A stretch of 64,000 nt of DNA from an uncultured Microscillaceae bacterium (GTDB lineage Bacteria > Bacteroidota > Bacteroidia > Cytophagales > Microscillaceae), in the NCBI GenBank assembly GCA_963922455.1, contig CAWUIO010000006.1:1255-65254 (forward strand), given 5' to 3'. Position numbers and translations under genes: made by a program. Below, piece by piece: positions 37,039 to 47,183 of this stretch (its first letter is position 1; the number at the start of each line of letters is the position of its first letter). Under the pieces are notes generated by a model. The model did no database searches and was not told the origin of the DNA. It worked only from the letters and a program-made list of their open reading frames with translations.

Positions 37039-37464
37039 TTGCTTACTTACTGCTTTGAAGATACGCCTTTTACCCTAGACCACTCCGAAGAGCTCAATCC
37101 CTGGATTGAAGCCCTCATCCAGGAAGAAGGACATGAATTGGCCGAGCTTTCCTATATTTTTTGCTCTGATGACTACCTGCTTGAGATCAATAAAACCTAC
37201 CTACAACACGATTATTACACCGATGTAATCACCTTTGACCACAGTGAAGAGGATCATCTAGTCGAGGGAGATATTTTTATTAGTGTAGAGCGGGTACACG
37301 AAAATTCCCAAAATTTCCAAGAAGAATTCTGGCAAGAGCTATACCGGGTGATGGCTCACGGAGTCTTACACCTTCTGGGATACCAAGACAAAAGCAAACA
37401 AGACACCCAAACCATGCGGGCCAAAGAAGATTACTACCTCAGCAAAGCACCCCACCGGCCTTAG
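37039..37464 (+). CDS. ybeY: rRNA maturation RNase YbeY
   Basis: TDVITFD and HGVLHLLGY zinc motif. TTG start. Confidence 0.9.
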   Translation: MLTYCFEDTPFTLDHSEELNPWIEALIQEEGHELAELSYIFCSDDYLLEINKTYLQHDYYTDVITFDHSEEDHLVEGDIFISVERVHENSQNFQEEFWQELYRVMAHGVLHLLGYQDKSKQDTQTMRAKEDYYLSKAPHRP

Positions 37465-37676
37465 GGCGTAGCAGGTCCTTTTTCTTCTTGTTCTCGTAAA
37501 TCAGCCTGCCTTCTCAAATATTTCCGAAAAATAGACCAAGACACAAAAAATGAGATGAAAATGGTGACCAGGATGGCTTTGAAGATGGGATAAAGACAAA
37601 ACAGCATTTTTCTTTTTAAATTACAAAAAAGAATCCTTACGCCGATTACTGTATTCATTTATTTTTAGGAAAAGCT

Positions 37677-38753
37677 ATGCTTTCCAAACAAGCTATTTTC
37701 TCTTCCCAGCCCTTACTTAGCCTAGAAGTAAGCCACCAATATTATTATCAAGCCACGGCCCAAGGCTTTTGTGAGTGGATGCTCTCACCGTCGAGCCAGG
37801 AAACCCTTCCCCGTTGGGGGGTTTATGCTCAAAAAAAAGGGAGCAAACTCCTCCTTTTCATTCGGGATGATCGCGAAGCTGCGTTTACGCAATGGCTAGC
37901 ATCCAAAGAAGAATCCCGCTTAGCCATACAACTGAAAGCCCTAAACCCTCACTGGCTTCACATCACCGAACTCCCTCTTACGATCCAACCCGGGCAGGGC
38001 ATACTTTACTTCCACAATCCCGCTAGTCCAGGTTCGTATAGCAAGCAGATGGATTCACCACAATACTTAAAAGTGGTCCCCATACAATCGCTTCCTGCCC
38101 AAACGCTTAAGCAGCTCATGCACCAAACACCCCCTGGGGAAGCCTTCAAACTTCCAGGAGATAACACTTCATACCCTCAAGTCCAAGAAGGGGCCTATAC
38201 CTTGCCTAGCCCCGAGCCAACAAACCCTTCCTACTTGCTTCTCCATCGGCCCTTGCCCCCAAAGCGTTTCGCTTGGATAGACCTCGTTTTGCATCCCTAC
38301 ATGAAAGAAAGTTGGGCCCAAGACATCAAAGCCGGGACCCCTCCGCAGACTTTCAGCTACCAAATCCGCTTTCCTAACCGCAAGGCCTACTGGCGTTATT
38401 GGTTTATCATGGCCCCGCATCGCCCCTTGCAAAGTATCCAAGATTTGACAATTTACTCAGAGGATTCTCGTTTGGCTTTTAGTGAAAAAAAGCCCTACCG
38501 GCATAAGTCGGGCAATTGGGCTTGGGTTTTGGAATCAAACCAAGCTCTTGACTTATACGAAAAACCTCCGTATCGGGTCCAGGTCGACATTACCTGGAAC
38601 CCCCAATACCGCTCCCAAGAAGCCCAATATGCAGGAAGAAGGTCCGATACGATGAGCATTCCTCTCCCCGTTCCCCGCCCAGAATCCTTATATCCCGAAA
38701 CGCAGCAAAATGAAACCCGTCTGTATGCCGATATCCCCGTTAAAATCCCTTAG
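37677..38753 (+). CDS. Hypothetical protein (358 aa, Pro-rich)
   Basis: Long ORF with no recognisable motif. Confidence 0.55.
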   Translation: MLSKQAIFSSQPLLSLEVSHQYYYQATAQGFCEWMLSPSSQETLPRWGVYAQKKGSKLLLFIRDDREAAFTQWLASKEESRLAIQLKALNPHWLHITELPLTIQPGQGILYFHNPASPGSYSKQMDSPQYLKVVPIQSLPAQTLKQLMHQTPPGEAFKLPGDNTSYPQVQEGAYTLPSPEPTNPSYLLLHRPLPPKRFAWIDLVLHPYMKESWAQDIKAGTPPQTFSYQIRFPNRKAYWRYWFIMAPHRPLQSIQDLTIYSEDSRLAFSEKKPYRHKSGNWAWVLESNQALDLYEKPPYRVQVDITWNPQYRSQEAQYAGRRSDTMSIPLPVPRPESLYPETQQNETRLYADIPVKIP

Positions 38754-38779
38754 AAAATAGCCTAAGGCCCCTAGGGTTT

Positions 38780-38909
38780 GGGGCTGCCCCCGGCGATGGT
38801 CCTCTACTGCCCAACAAGTTCTCAAGTACCGCCGGGGTCGGGCTTTCGCGACTCGCCGGCCAGCGCACAAACCAGCGGCGGGCTCAAACAAACGCTCTAT
38901 CCCTCAGCC
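38780..38909 (-). repeat. Family-1 dispersed repeat, copy 11 (reverse)
   Basis: GGGGCTGCCCCCGGCG, then a unique segment of about 35 nt, then CGCCGGGGTCGGGCTTTCGCGACTCGCC...CTCTATCCCTCAGCC. Same stem variant as copy 2. Confidence 0.85.
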
Positions 38910-39146
38910 GATTTTGAGAACCGGGAACCGGGACGGGAGTTAAGTGGTGAGAGGGTTTTGTTGCCTGCTTGCTCGCAAATGTTTAGCGCTCACCTCTTTC
39001 GGGCAGTTGTCTTGCCCTTTCGGCCTTTAAATATGGAGAGTAGCATTGAAAATGCCCGAAGAAATACAGGCACTTGGGAAATGCACCCAGCACAAAAAAG
39101 TCCCGCCTCCCGGTTCCCGTCTCCATATCTCTCCTCTCTCTTCTTC

Positions 39147-39277
39147 AGCTTAGGGATAGAGCGGCATGTTTGAGCTCGTGCAGGCCTGGTGGGGAAAGGC
39201 AGCGAGTAGCGAAAGCCCGACCCGCGCGGCAACAGATGGGCCCATGGCTAGTACCTGCCTTAGCGCGGGGAAGCCCC
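39147..39277 (+). repeat. Family-1 dispersed repeat, copy 12 (forward)
   Basis: AGCTTAGGGATAGAGCGGCATGTTTGAGCTCGTGCAGGCC...GCCCGACCCGCGC, then a 35-nt unique segment, then GCGCGGGGAAGCCCC. Faces copy 11. Confidence 0.9.
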
Positions 39278-39365
39278 AAAAATGCCTTAAATTTTTTTAA
39301 TCCGATGCCCTGAAAGACAGAAAATGCCCCGTTTTTTGCTCCTATAATTTAAAACTACGCACACC

Positions 39366-40454
39366 ATGAGTCAAAACCGGCAAATCATGCACGTAGACAT
39401 GGATGCATTCTTCGCCTCGGTAGAGCAGCGGGACCGTCCCGAACTACGCGGCAAACCGGTAGCGGTTGGGGGAGGTAGCGAGCGCGGAGTGGTAGCGGCC
39501 GCAAGTTATGAAGCCCGGAAGTTTGGCGTATTCTCGGCCATGTCCTCCCGAAAAGCCAAACAAAACTGCCCGGAATTGATTTTTGTTCGCCCCCGCTTTG
39601 AAGTGTATAAGGAAGTATCCTATCAAATACGCGATATCTTTGCCGAATACAGTGATTTGATCGAGCCTCTATCCTTAGATGAAGCGTATCTAGATATCAG
39701 TGAAAGGAGCCATACCTGGGAAGAAGCCTGGGAAATAGGCCAAAGCATCAAATCGCGGATCAAGGAAGAAACCCAACTGACGGCCTCAGCCGGTATTTCC
39801 ATCAATAAATTCCTAGCCAAGATTGCCTCCGACTTCCGCAAGCCCAATGGCTTGATGCTCATCCGCCCCGAAGAAGCTGATGGTTTTTTGAAAAAACTAG
39901 CCATTCATAAATTCCACGGGATCGGAAAAGTTACAGCCGCCAAAATGAAAGCCTTGGGTATCCATAGTGGGGCCGATCTTATGAAATGGTCAAAACCTGA
40001 CCTAGTAAGGAAGTTTGGCAAAATGGGGGGATTTTTTTATCACATCGCCCGGGCCGAAGACTTTCGCCCGGTCAACCCCCATCGTATCCGTAAATCGGTA
40101 GGGGCCGAACGCACCTTTTCGGAAGACCTCGTAGAGCTGCCCGAATTACAAATTGCCTTGAGAAATATTGCCGGTATTCTTTGGGAAAGAATGAAGAAAG
40201 GGGGATTTTACGGCCGCACGCTAACGTTGAAGATCAAATATCACAATTTCAAGCAAATTACGAGGGCCAAAACCATTCACCGCCTTCTGGACGATGAAGA
40301 TATTTTAAGAAAAATGGCTGAAGAATTATTAGTTGAGCACTGGGGCGACCAGAAAAGAGTAAGATTGCTAGGTTTACAAGTTTCTAATCGGGAATCAGAA
40401 AAAACAAAGTCCCCCAAAGGGGTTCAATTAACACTAAATTTTGATGGCGAATAA
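39366..40454 (+). CDS. dinB: DNA polymerase IV
   Basis: IMHVDMDAFFASVEQRD, SLDEAYLD and the overall Y-family layout. Confidence 0.95.
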   Translation: MSQNRQIMHVDMDAFFASVEQRDRPELRGKPVAVGGGSERGVVAAASYEARKFGVFSAMSSRKAKQNCPELIFVRPRFEVYKEVSYQIRDIFAEYSDLIEPLSLDEAYLDISERSHTWEEAWEIGQSIKSRIKEETQLTASAGISINKFLAKIASDFRKPNGLMLIRPEEADGFLKKLAIHKFHGIGKVTAAKMKALGIHSGADLMKWSKPDLVRKFGKMGGFFYHIARAEDFRPVNPHRIRKSVGAERTFSEDLVELPELQIALRNIAGILWERMKKGGFYGRTLTLKIKYHNFKQITRAKTIHRLLDDEDILRKMAEELLVEHWGDQKRVRLLGLQVSNRESEKTKSPKGVQLTLNFDGE

Positions 40455-40971
40455 TTTTCTAAGACCTAATCCCTTGGTAGCCTGGTTAGTACAAAAACAC
40501 CTTTTCGTTACGGAGGTAGCTTTCATTGATCCACATAATGGCTCGTGATTCCGTTTTGAAGTTACGGATCCATTTAAAACCCATGTCTTTCAAGGTTTTT
40601 TTATTTTTGGCTAGATAAGCATTAACGTTGGACTGCGCGTCCTTAGTGGCTACGTAAATCATACTTTTATAATAATTAGGTTATAAAAAAAAGGAATCTA
40701 AAAAGTAGCAGGAAATGATGGATTGAAGAAGAAGGTTCTGAATGCGAAGCGATGCATTTTACTCCATTACTCAGAATAAATAGTCTGCGCTTTTGTTAAT
40801 ATATACGCAAAAAATGAACATAAGTTTCATACCTAAGTTGATTGGGTATCACGGAAAACTGTTAATTTTTTGCCAGTATGGGTAGACGGGCTTACTTTTT
40901 GAACAAATTCCGTAATTATAACGCCTCCTTAGGGAACATTGTTTGCCAACATCTTAGGCGTGTTTTCTTTA

Positions 40972-41880
40972 TTAGCCCCAAAGCCTACCTCCGCAATATT
41001 TGCAATACGAAGCATTGCTGTCATGGCCAGGCATGCCACAGTCTAAACAAGATTTTGACGCCATGGTCTTTTTCTTCTCTTGGTTCTTGTATATCTCCGC
41101 GCTGACAATACTAGAGAAAACTACGATCGTACTAAAGCCCAATAACATCAGCAAAGAAGCCAAAAATTGCCCTAAGGTAGTCTGGGGGGCTACATCTCCG
41201 TATCCAACCGTGGTGAGGGTTACAATAGCCCAGTAGATACTTTTCGGAATACTGACAAAACCATTCTCAGGCCCTTCAATCACATACATAAAGGAGCCTA
41301 TAATGGTTACGGAGATAAATACCGACAAAATGAAAATAGAAATTTTCCGTCTACTATTCCGAAGGGCTTGTACCAAGACCTGCACTTCTTTGGTATATTT
41401 AGTATACTCGATTAAGTCAAATACCCGAAATAACCTGAAAAGCCGTACCAGGCGGATTACCATGATATAATTTACATTGACTACCTTCATCAAGCTGAAA
41501 TAATTGGGAAAGATGGCAAAGAAGTCAATGATGCCCATGCCGCTAAAAATATAACGCTTAGGATCTGGAGAGGCAATCACCCGTAATATGTATTCTATGG
41601 TAAAGAGGACGGTCACGCCCCACTCGATCGTAGAAAAGGTAACTGTGAGACTCGTCTTCCATTCCGGGATGGTTTGCACGATCACAACTCCTGAGCTGAT
41701 CAGGATCATGATAAGCAAAAAAATAGAAAAGCTCTTCCTTCGGTATAGCATCTTGTACAAACCAAACCGCCACCCTCCTTTGGTGATAAAACGACGAGCT
41801 AGGGTCGTAAATGGCTTAGGAGAGCGTGATTTGCTTGACTTAGCAAGACTTTGTTCTTCCAATAGGGCGAATTGATTCAT
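40972..41880 (-). CDS. Voltage-gated-type ion channel (6-TM, K+ selectivity filter TVGYGD) with C-terminal zinc ribbon
   Basis: S4-like IRLVRLFRLFRVF, filter TLTTVGYGD, and tail CLDCGMPGHDSNASYCKYCGGRL. Confidence 0.8.
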   Translation of the reverse strand: MNQFALLEEQSLAKSSKSRSPKPFTTLARRFITKGGWRFGLYKMLYRRKSFSIFLLIMILISSGVVIVQTIPEWKTSLTVTFSTIEWGVTVLFTIEYILRVIASPDPKRYIFSGMGIIDFFAIFPNYFSLMKVVNVNYIMVIRLVRLFRLFRVFDLIEYTKYTKEVQVLVQALRNSRRKISIFILSVFISVTIIGSFMYVIEGPENGFVSIPKSIYWAIVTLTTVGYGDVAPQTTLGQFLASLLMLLGFSTIVVFSSIVSAEIYKNQEKKKTMASKSCLDCGMPGHDSNASYCKYCGGRLWG

Positions 41881-42340
41881 AGAGCTTTAACCCGATTAGT
41901 CGGTATACCAACTTGTACAATATTCTTACCAATTCCTCTTCCAAGTGCGGATGTTTTAGGCTTTTCCCCAAAAGAGGGATATAAAGGTATGATGCTATAT
42001 TCACGAAAAATCCTCGGTGTGTAGCGAGGGCGTTTAAACGTTTCACCCGGATAAACTTTTCTTTATGTACGAAAGCTCAACCTAGCTGTTAGTCCAGGGT
42101 AATGTTTTAGGCCAAATTAAATCTTGCCTCCCCGCTTCATTTTAAAAAGCATGCCTTAAAAGGCCTATCTAGCAGTTTAATCAGTATACGCCCGGGCATC
42201 TTTAAATTAATTAGAAGCCCTGTGCAACCCTCGCCTAGCCAGCTTGGTCTATACTTATGAAAATAAATAGCAAAAGCTTGTAACAAAAGCCCTAGAAAAG
42301 ATACTAACATAGTAACCAGACACTTAAAAAATCGTTAAAA

Positions 42341-42649
42341 ATGGTACAAGGTATGAAAATAAATCAGGTTAGCACAACAACCCATTCTTCTATAATTAAT
42401 AAAGCCATGACCTTTTTCTCTAGTCCAAACCGTAATAAAAGAAAGCACAAGACCATCTACTGGGTCATTGATGAGCCTGAGCAGCCGGTTTCGGATACAT
42501 TAGTTAAATTTTATGATGATAATGACCGTCTTCTCTTCAAAAAAATATTTCCAGAGTACAAAGCGGGGGTATTAGATGAAGTACTTATGCAACAACTAGA
42601 CAAAATTAAAGACCAGATACGTCGAAAAATGTCACTGGGTAAGCTTTAA
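42341..42649 (+). CDS. Hypothetical protein (102 aa)
   Basis: ORF upstream of the MarR regulator. No motif recognised. Confidence 0.45.
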   Translation: MVQGMKINQVSTTTHSSIINKAMTFFSSPNRNKRKHKTIYWVIDEPEQPVSDTLVKFYDDNDRLLFKKIFPEYKAGVLDEVLMQQLDKIKDQIRRKMSLGKL

Positions 42650-42753
42650 CAATTTGGCTTACCCTATATTTCTCCATTACCCATCCATTTCTCCCCATAT
42701 ATCCCTTATTCCTTCAATTTCTAACAGATACCAAGCTTTTTCTTTACTTTTGC

Positions 42754-43257
42754 ATGATACAATTGCGAACGTATCGAATGAGAAGAGAAGAAACGATTGA
42801 TTACAACATCAAAGCAACCTGGCACGCCATAGCCAGGATGTACAATGCAGAAGCAGCCAAATACAATTTAACAGTATCTATTGGGTATATTCTACTCAAT
42901 ATTGATATAGAAAATGGCACCCCCGCAACTCGGATTGCCCCCCTGATGGGGCTGGAAGCACGTAGTATCACCCGGACACTTCGTAACATGGAAAAAGAGG
43001 GCTTTATTTATAAAAAACAAGATGAGCACGATCGGCGATTTTTCCGGATCTATCTCACGGATAAAGGAAAAGAAGCCCGTGAGGTCTCACGCCGTACGGT
43101 AAAAGTTTTCAACAACGCTGCGTATGAACTCATTTCAGAGGAAAAAATGCAAATTTTCTTTGAAGTGATCCAGAAAGTAAACCAAGTCATCCAAAGCGAT
43201 ATTTACGGTCAAAATATAAAAGATTCCTTGGAAGAAAATGGCCAAGTAAAGGGCTAA
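42754..43257 (+). CDS. MarR-family transcriptional regulator
   Basis: Winged HTH: ATRIAPLMGLEARSITRTLRNMEKEGFIYKKQDEHDRRFFRIYLTDKG. Confidence 0.85.
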   Translation: MIQLRTYRMRREETIDYNIKATWHAIARMYNAEAAKYNLTVSIGYILLNIDIENGTPATRIAPLMGLEARSITRTLRNMEKEGFIYKKQDEHDRRFFRIYLTDKGKEAREVSRRTVKVFNNAAYELISEEKMQIFFEVIQKVNQVIQSDIYGQNIKDSLEENGQVKG

Positions 43258-43258
43258 G

Positions 43259-43681
43259 TCACGGCTGGCAATACTGTTCCCGAATCAATTGTGCCCCACT
43301 ATACCCCAGGTCGTCGGCGAGCCACCAGTCTTGGCAGGCTTCAGTCCGTTTGCCTAAATTAAAGTGGGCCCAACCCCGGTTTAAAAAAACCAAGGGATCT
43401 TGGCTTCCCAAAAAAACCGCTCTATCATAGTCGGGTAAGGCTTGGGCAAAGTTTTTTAGACGTGACAAACACAAGGCCCTCATGGCATACACTTGGGCAT
43501 GAGAAGTATCTTGTTCAATGATCTGACTGAGTAGCAGTATGGCCTCGCCACAGTCTCCCTTGGCGCGAAGGGCGTGGGCTTCCCGGATCATGTCGGATAC
43601 CTGTTGCCCCGGTAAATTGCTCAAGCTAGTCGCCCAAAAAAGCAAGCAATAGCCGAAAATATTGACTATTCGCATAGGCAT
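43259..43681 (-). CDS. TPR-repeat protein (secreted)
   Basis: Signal peptide plus TPR units. C-terminal CxDW...G motif like that of 3777-4607. Confidence 0.7.
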   Translation of the reverse strand: MPMRIVNIFGYCLLFWATSLSNLPGQQVSDMIREAHALRAKGDCGEAILLLSQIIEQDTSHAQVYAMRALCLSRLKNFAQALPDYDRAVFLGSQDPLVFLNRGWAHFNLGKRTEACQDWWLADDLGYSGAQLIREQYCQP

Positions 43682-43693
43682 GTATCTTAAAAT

Positions 43694-44623
43694 CTAATTA
43701 GCGCAATATTTCTCCAAATACCGTTTGGCCTCTTCACTCCCATTTTCCCCCGCTTTTGACCAATCCTCACAGGCTTTTTCTTTCTCCCCTTCGGCTTGAT
43801 AGATCAGGCCCCGGTACGTACGGGCCTGCGTTTGATTCCATTCCTTTTCAATGACCCTGTCCAAAAACGGAAGCGCCTCCTCTCCCCTACCCACTTGATA
43901 GAGTATGATACCTTTATGGAGATGGGCCTCCCAATTGTAAGGGTTAAGCTTTATCAAGGAAGAATAGTCTTGGAGAGAAGCATCAAACTCATTCATTTGC
44001 ATCAATAAACGGGCCCTTAGCTGTAAACCGTTTTCAAATCCGGGATTCATATGCAAGGCTTTATCTAAGGAGTACAAGGCCCTTTGTCCTTGGTCATTCT
44101 CTTCGTCTATCAAGGCCAGATAATAATAGGCATCCAAATTTGAGGTATCCATAGCAATACTTTGCAGCAAGTCGGCCTGTGCCGATTTCAGTTGACCTAA
44201 TTCATAATAGGTCTTGCCCCGAACAAAAAAGACTTGCGGAACCTTCCTACGTTCTAAAACATAGGTAAAATCGGCCAGGGCCCCATTTCTCTGATCAATC
44301 CCCAGGTTGATGAGCCCCCTGTTATAATAGGCCTCCAAATAATCAGGCTTATAATAAATCGCTTGATTAAATTTTTGCAAGGCTCCCATGGTATTTTCTA
44401 GCTTAAACTCAGCCATGCCTTGTAAAAAATAGGCAGGAGCATATTCAGGCTTAATTTCCAGAAGCTGGTCCAACTCCCGGATTACTTCAAAATAATTCCC
44501 TTTTTGAAATTTTTCCTGGGCAATCCTATAGGGAGCCGGTACCTCTTGACTATACACCGGCCCGTGGGATAAAAAACCACCCACTAGGCAAAAACCCAAT
44601 AAAAGCTTCTGTACTTGATTCAT
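43694..44623 (-). CDS. TPR-repeat protein (secreted)
   Basis: Signal peptide plus about 7 TPR units. Confidence 0.75.
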   Translation of the reverse strand: MNQVQKLLLGFCLVGGFLSHGPVYSQEVPAPYRIAQEKFQKGNYFEVIRELDQLLEIKPEYAPAYFLQGMAEFKLENTMGALQKFNQAIYYKPDYLEAYYNRGLINLGIDQRNGALADFTYVLERRKVPQVFFVRGKTYYELGQLKSAQADLLQSIAMDTSNLDAYYYLALIDEENDQGQRALYSLDKALHMNPGFENGLQLRARLLMQMNEFDASLQDYSSLIKLNPYNWEAHLHKGIILYQVGRGEEALPFLDRVIEKEWNQTQARTYRGLIYQAEGEKEKACEDWSKAGENGSEEAKRYLEKYCAN

Positions 44624-44875
44624 ATTATAATGCTTTCTCCTTCAAACGATTATCCAAAAATAAGGCATCAGGCTTTATCTACAATATAGAACGAATAAGC
44701 CGAATCTATCTGCATCAATAATAAACAAAAATTAATCATTTATATTCCCAGAATATGTAAAAAGCCCGGTAAAGTTGCTTCTTATTGCCCCAGCCACTAG
44801 CTCCAAACCCTGCATTTAAAACGAAAAGGGCTTATCTTTAAAAGGCATTGCAAACCTTAAGAATATTTTTTTGGC

Positions 44876-46708
44876 ATGGAAATTTTAGTGATTAATTGCG
44901 GCAGTAGCTCCCTTAAAAGTGAACTCATCCGTACCAGTGACGGAAAAAGGCTATTAAGCCTCAAAATAGAGCGCATCAACGATGCCCAACCCCTGGTACA
45001 GTTTTCGGATGAAGACGAACCCCTCCCTTGCTCGGTGAGTGGGCACGAACCAGTATTACGCTTGGCGCTCCCTAAACTTGTAGAAAAAATCAAACCCTAT
45101 GCCTTAGAAGGAGTAGGCCACCGGGTCGTGCACGGGGGAGAAGAATTTGACGAAGCCGTCATCTTAGACGAACACGTAGAGAAAAAAATCGAGGAGTTTT
45201 GCTCCCTTGCGCCCTTACACAACCCGCCAGCTTTGAAGGCCATCCGTCTGGCCCGGGAGTTTTTTCCCGCTATTCCCCACATTGCCGTATTTGACACGGC
45301 ATTTCACGCTACCCTCCCCAAACGGTCCCGGGAATATGCCCTCCCCCTCGCCATACGAAACAAACACAATATTCGGCGCTATGGCTTTCACGGTACTAGC
45401 CACCAATTTGTCGCCGAAAGGGCCTCAGAGTTTTTAGAAAGCGATATGCGTAACCTTCGAATCATCACGTGCCACTTAGGCAACGGGGCAAGTGTATGTG
45501 CTGTGGAATATGGCCGCTCGGTGGAGACCAGCATGGGTATGAGCCCCCTAGAAGGTTTGGTAATGGGTACCCGAAGTGGCGACCTAGACCCCGGTATCCT
45601 CCTATATCTTATGGAAAAGGAAAATTTAGACTTTGAAGGCTTAAATGACCTACTCAATGAACAAAGTGGCCTCCAGGGTATCACGGGTACGACCAACGAT
45701 ATGCGCGATATCGTAGAACAAGCCGCCAAAGGAGACGAAAGGAGCCGCTTAGCCATACATATCTTTGCCCACCGCTTACGAAAATACATTGGGGCCTATG
45801 CCGCCGTTATGGGGGGAGTAGACGCTTTGGTATTTACGGGCGGGATCGGCGAAAATAGCGCCATCATCCGGCACCGGGCCTCCCAAAGGTTAGATTTTAT
45901 GGGGGCAGTCATAGATGAAGACAAAAACCGGGATTTGGACTTTGTGGATAACCAAAAGGTGGAAGACATCTCGGCCCCCAATAGCCGTTGTAAGATCTTG
46001 GTCGTGGCTACCGATGAACAATACGCCATCACCCGGCAATCCTATCACTTAATACAAGAAAAATACAAAGTCAACACCCTACCGGCAATTCCGATTGCCG
46101 TATCGGCCCGGCATATTCACTTAAGTCAGGAAACGGTAGAGGAACTCTTTGGGGAAGGGTATCAACTTACGCCTTACAAGCCTTTATCCCAACCTGGGCA
46201 ATTTGCTTGCGAAGAAACCCTCAGCCTCATTGGGCCCAAAAATAAAATCGAGCGGGTGCGTATCTTAGGCCCGGCCCGGAGCAAAAACCAGGTAGAGATT
46301 TCGCGTACCGATGAGTTTTTCCTAGGCATCGACGCGCCAGTCCGCGAATCGGGCAAGGTAGAAAACACGCCGGGCATTACCTTGCTTGCCAACAACGGTA
46401 ATAAGGTAGATCTCAAAGAAGGGGTGATCTGCGCGTGGCGCCACATCCACATGACTCCCGAAGATGCCGAACTCTTCCAAGTAAAAGACCGGGATATCGT
46501 AGAAGTCCGCATCGAGAATGATGAACGGAGCCTTACTTTTGGGAATGTGCTCATCCGGGTATCGAGCAAATACAAGCTCGAGATGCACATCGATACCGAC
46601 GAGGCCAATGCCGCCGAGCTCAACCAAGGGGCAGAAGGCACCCTGATGGCTGCCGATTTGGATGGACATCTTACCCGCCGGGCTACCAAGTACGATCAAG
46701 CAAAATAA
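44876..46708 (+). CDS. ackA: Acetate kinase fused to a PduL-type phosphate acyltransferase
   Basis: N-terminal MEILVINCGSSSLK...GFHGTSH...GGIGEN is AckA. The C-terminal 200 aa, HIHLSQETVEELFGEGYQLTPYKPLSQPGQFACEETL...RHIHMTPEDAELF...LEMHIDTDEANAA, is PduL with both PF06130-type repeats. Confidence 0.85.
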   Translation: MEILVINCGSSSLKSELIRTSDGKRLLSLKIERINDAQPLVQFSDEDEPLPCSVSGHEPVLRLALPKLVEKIKPYALEGVGHRVVHGGEEFDEAVILDEHVEKKIEEFCSLAPLHNPPALKAIRLAREFFPAIPHIAVFDTAFHATLPKRSREYALPLAIRNKHNIRRYGFHGTSHQFVAERASEFLESDMRNLRIITCHLGNGASVCAVEYGRSVETSMGMSPLEGLVMGTRSGDLDPGILLYLMEKENLDFEGLNDLLNEQSGLQGITGTTNDMRDIVEQAAKGDERSRLAIHIFAHRLRKYIGAYAAVMGGVDALVFTGGIGENSAIIRHRASQRLDFMGAVIDEDKNRDLDFVDNQKVEDISAPNSRCKILVVATDEQYAITRQSYHLIQEKYKVNTLPAIPIAVSARHIHLSQETVEELFGEGYQLTPYKPLSQPGQFACEETLSLIGPKNKIERVRILGPARSKNQVEISRTDEFFLGIDAPVRESGKVENTPGITLLANNGNKVDLKEGVICAWRHIHMTPEDAELFQVKDRDIVEVRIENDERSLTFGNVLIRVSSKYKLEMHIDTDEANAAELNQGAEGTLMAADLDGHLTRRATKYDQAK

Positions 46709-46722
46709 AATACATACGTAGA

Positions 46723-46852
46723 GGGGCTTGCCCGCGCTAGAGGGGCTTGTATCCAAATTATACATACTACCCAGCGCGGGCCGGGCTTTCGCTACTCGCC
46801 TGCCTCCCGCCGGGCCCTCACGGGCTCAAACAGGCCGCTCTATCCCTAAGCC
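46723..46852 (-). repeat. Family-1 dispersed repeat, copy 13 (reverse)
   Basis: GGGGCTTGCCCGCGC, then a 36-nt unique segment (it starts with a duplicate of TAGAGGGGCTTG), then GCGCGGGCCGGGCTTTCGCTACTCGCC...CTCTATCCCTAAGCC. Confidence 0.9.
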
Positions 46853-46958
46853 AATACTTACTTGGGTCATAGAACCCTCCGGTATAAGCCCCGTGACAAA
46901 GGGAAATAAAAAAAGTGCCCCCTGAAAACAGAGGGCGCTCCCAATTCTTTTCTAAAAT

Positions 46959-47183
46959 TTAGGCCACGAGGGCAGGATTGTCCAAATAGTGGTGGAGCAA
47001 GCGGGCACATTCATCACGGCTGCCTATTGTATGCATGAGAACATAATATCCATTTGCTTCTTTTTGTACGGCAACAAATCGATCAAAATATCCAAACAGT
47101 AACTGCCGGTCTTTATCACGGATATTGCGGGCTTTCTTAATTAATTCGTAGCTGATTTGTTCAATTAAAAAATTTTCTTTCAT
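46959..47183 (-). CDS. Hypothetical small protein (74 aa)
   Basis: ORF only. Confidence 0.35.
   Translation of the reverse strand: MKENFLIEQISYELIKKARNIRDKDRQLLFGYFDRFVAVQKEANGYYVLMHTIGSRDECARLLHHYLDNPALVA

Noticed and set aside
40486-40662. 58-aa minus-strand ORF (MIYVATKDAQSNVNAYLAKNKKTLKDMGFKWIRNF...) downstream of dinB.
   Set aside because: It has no recognisable family or clear RBS. It is possibly real, but the evidence is too thin to list it as a feature.
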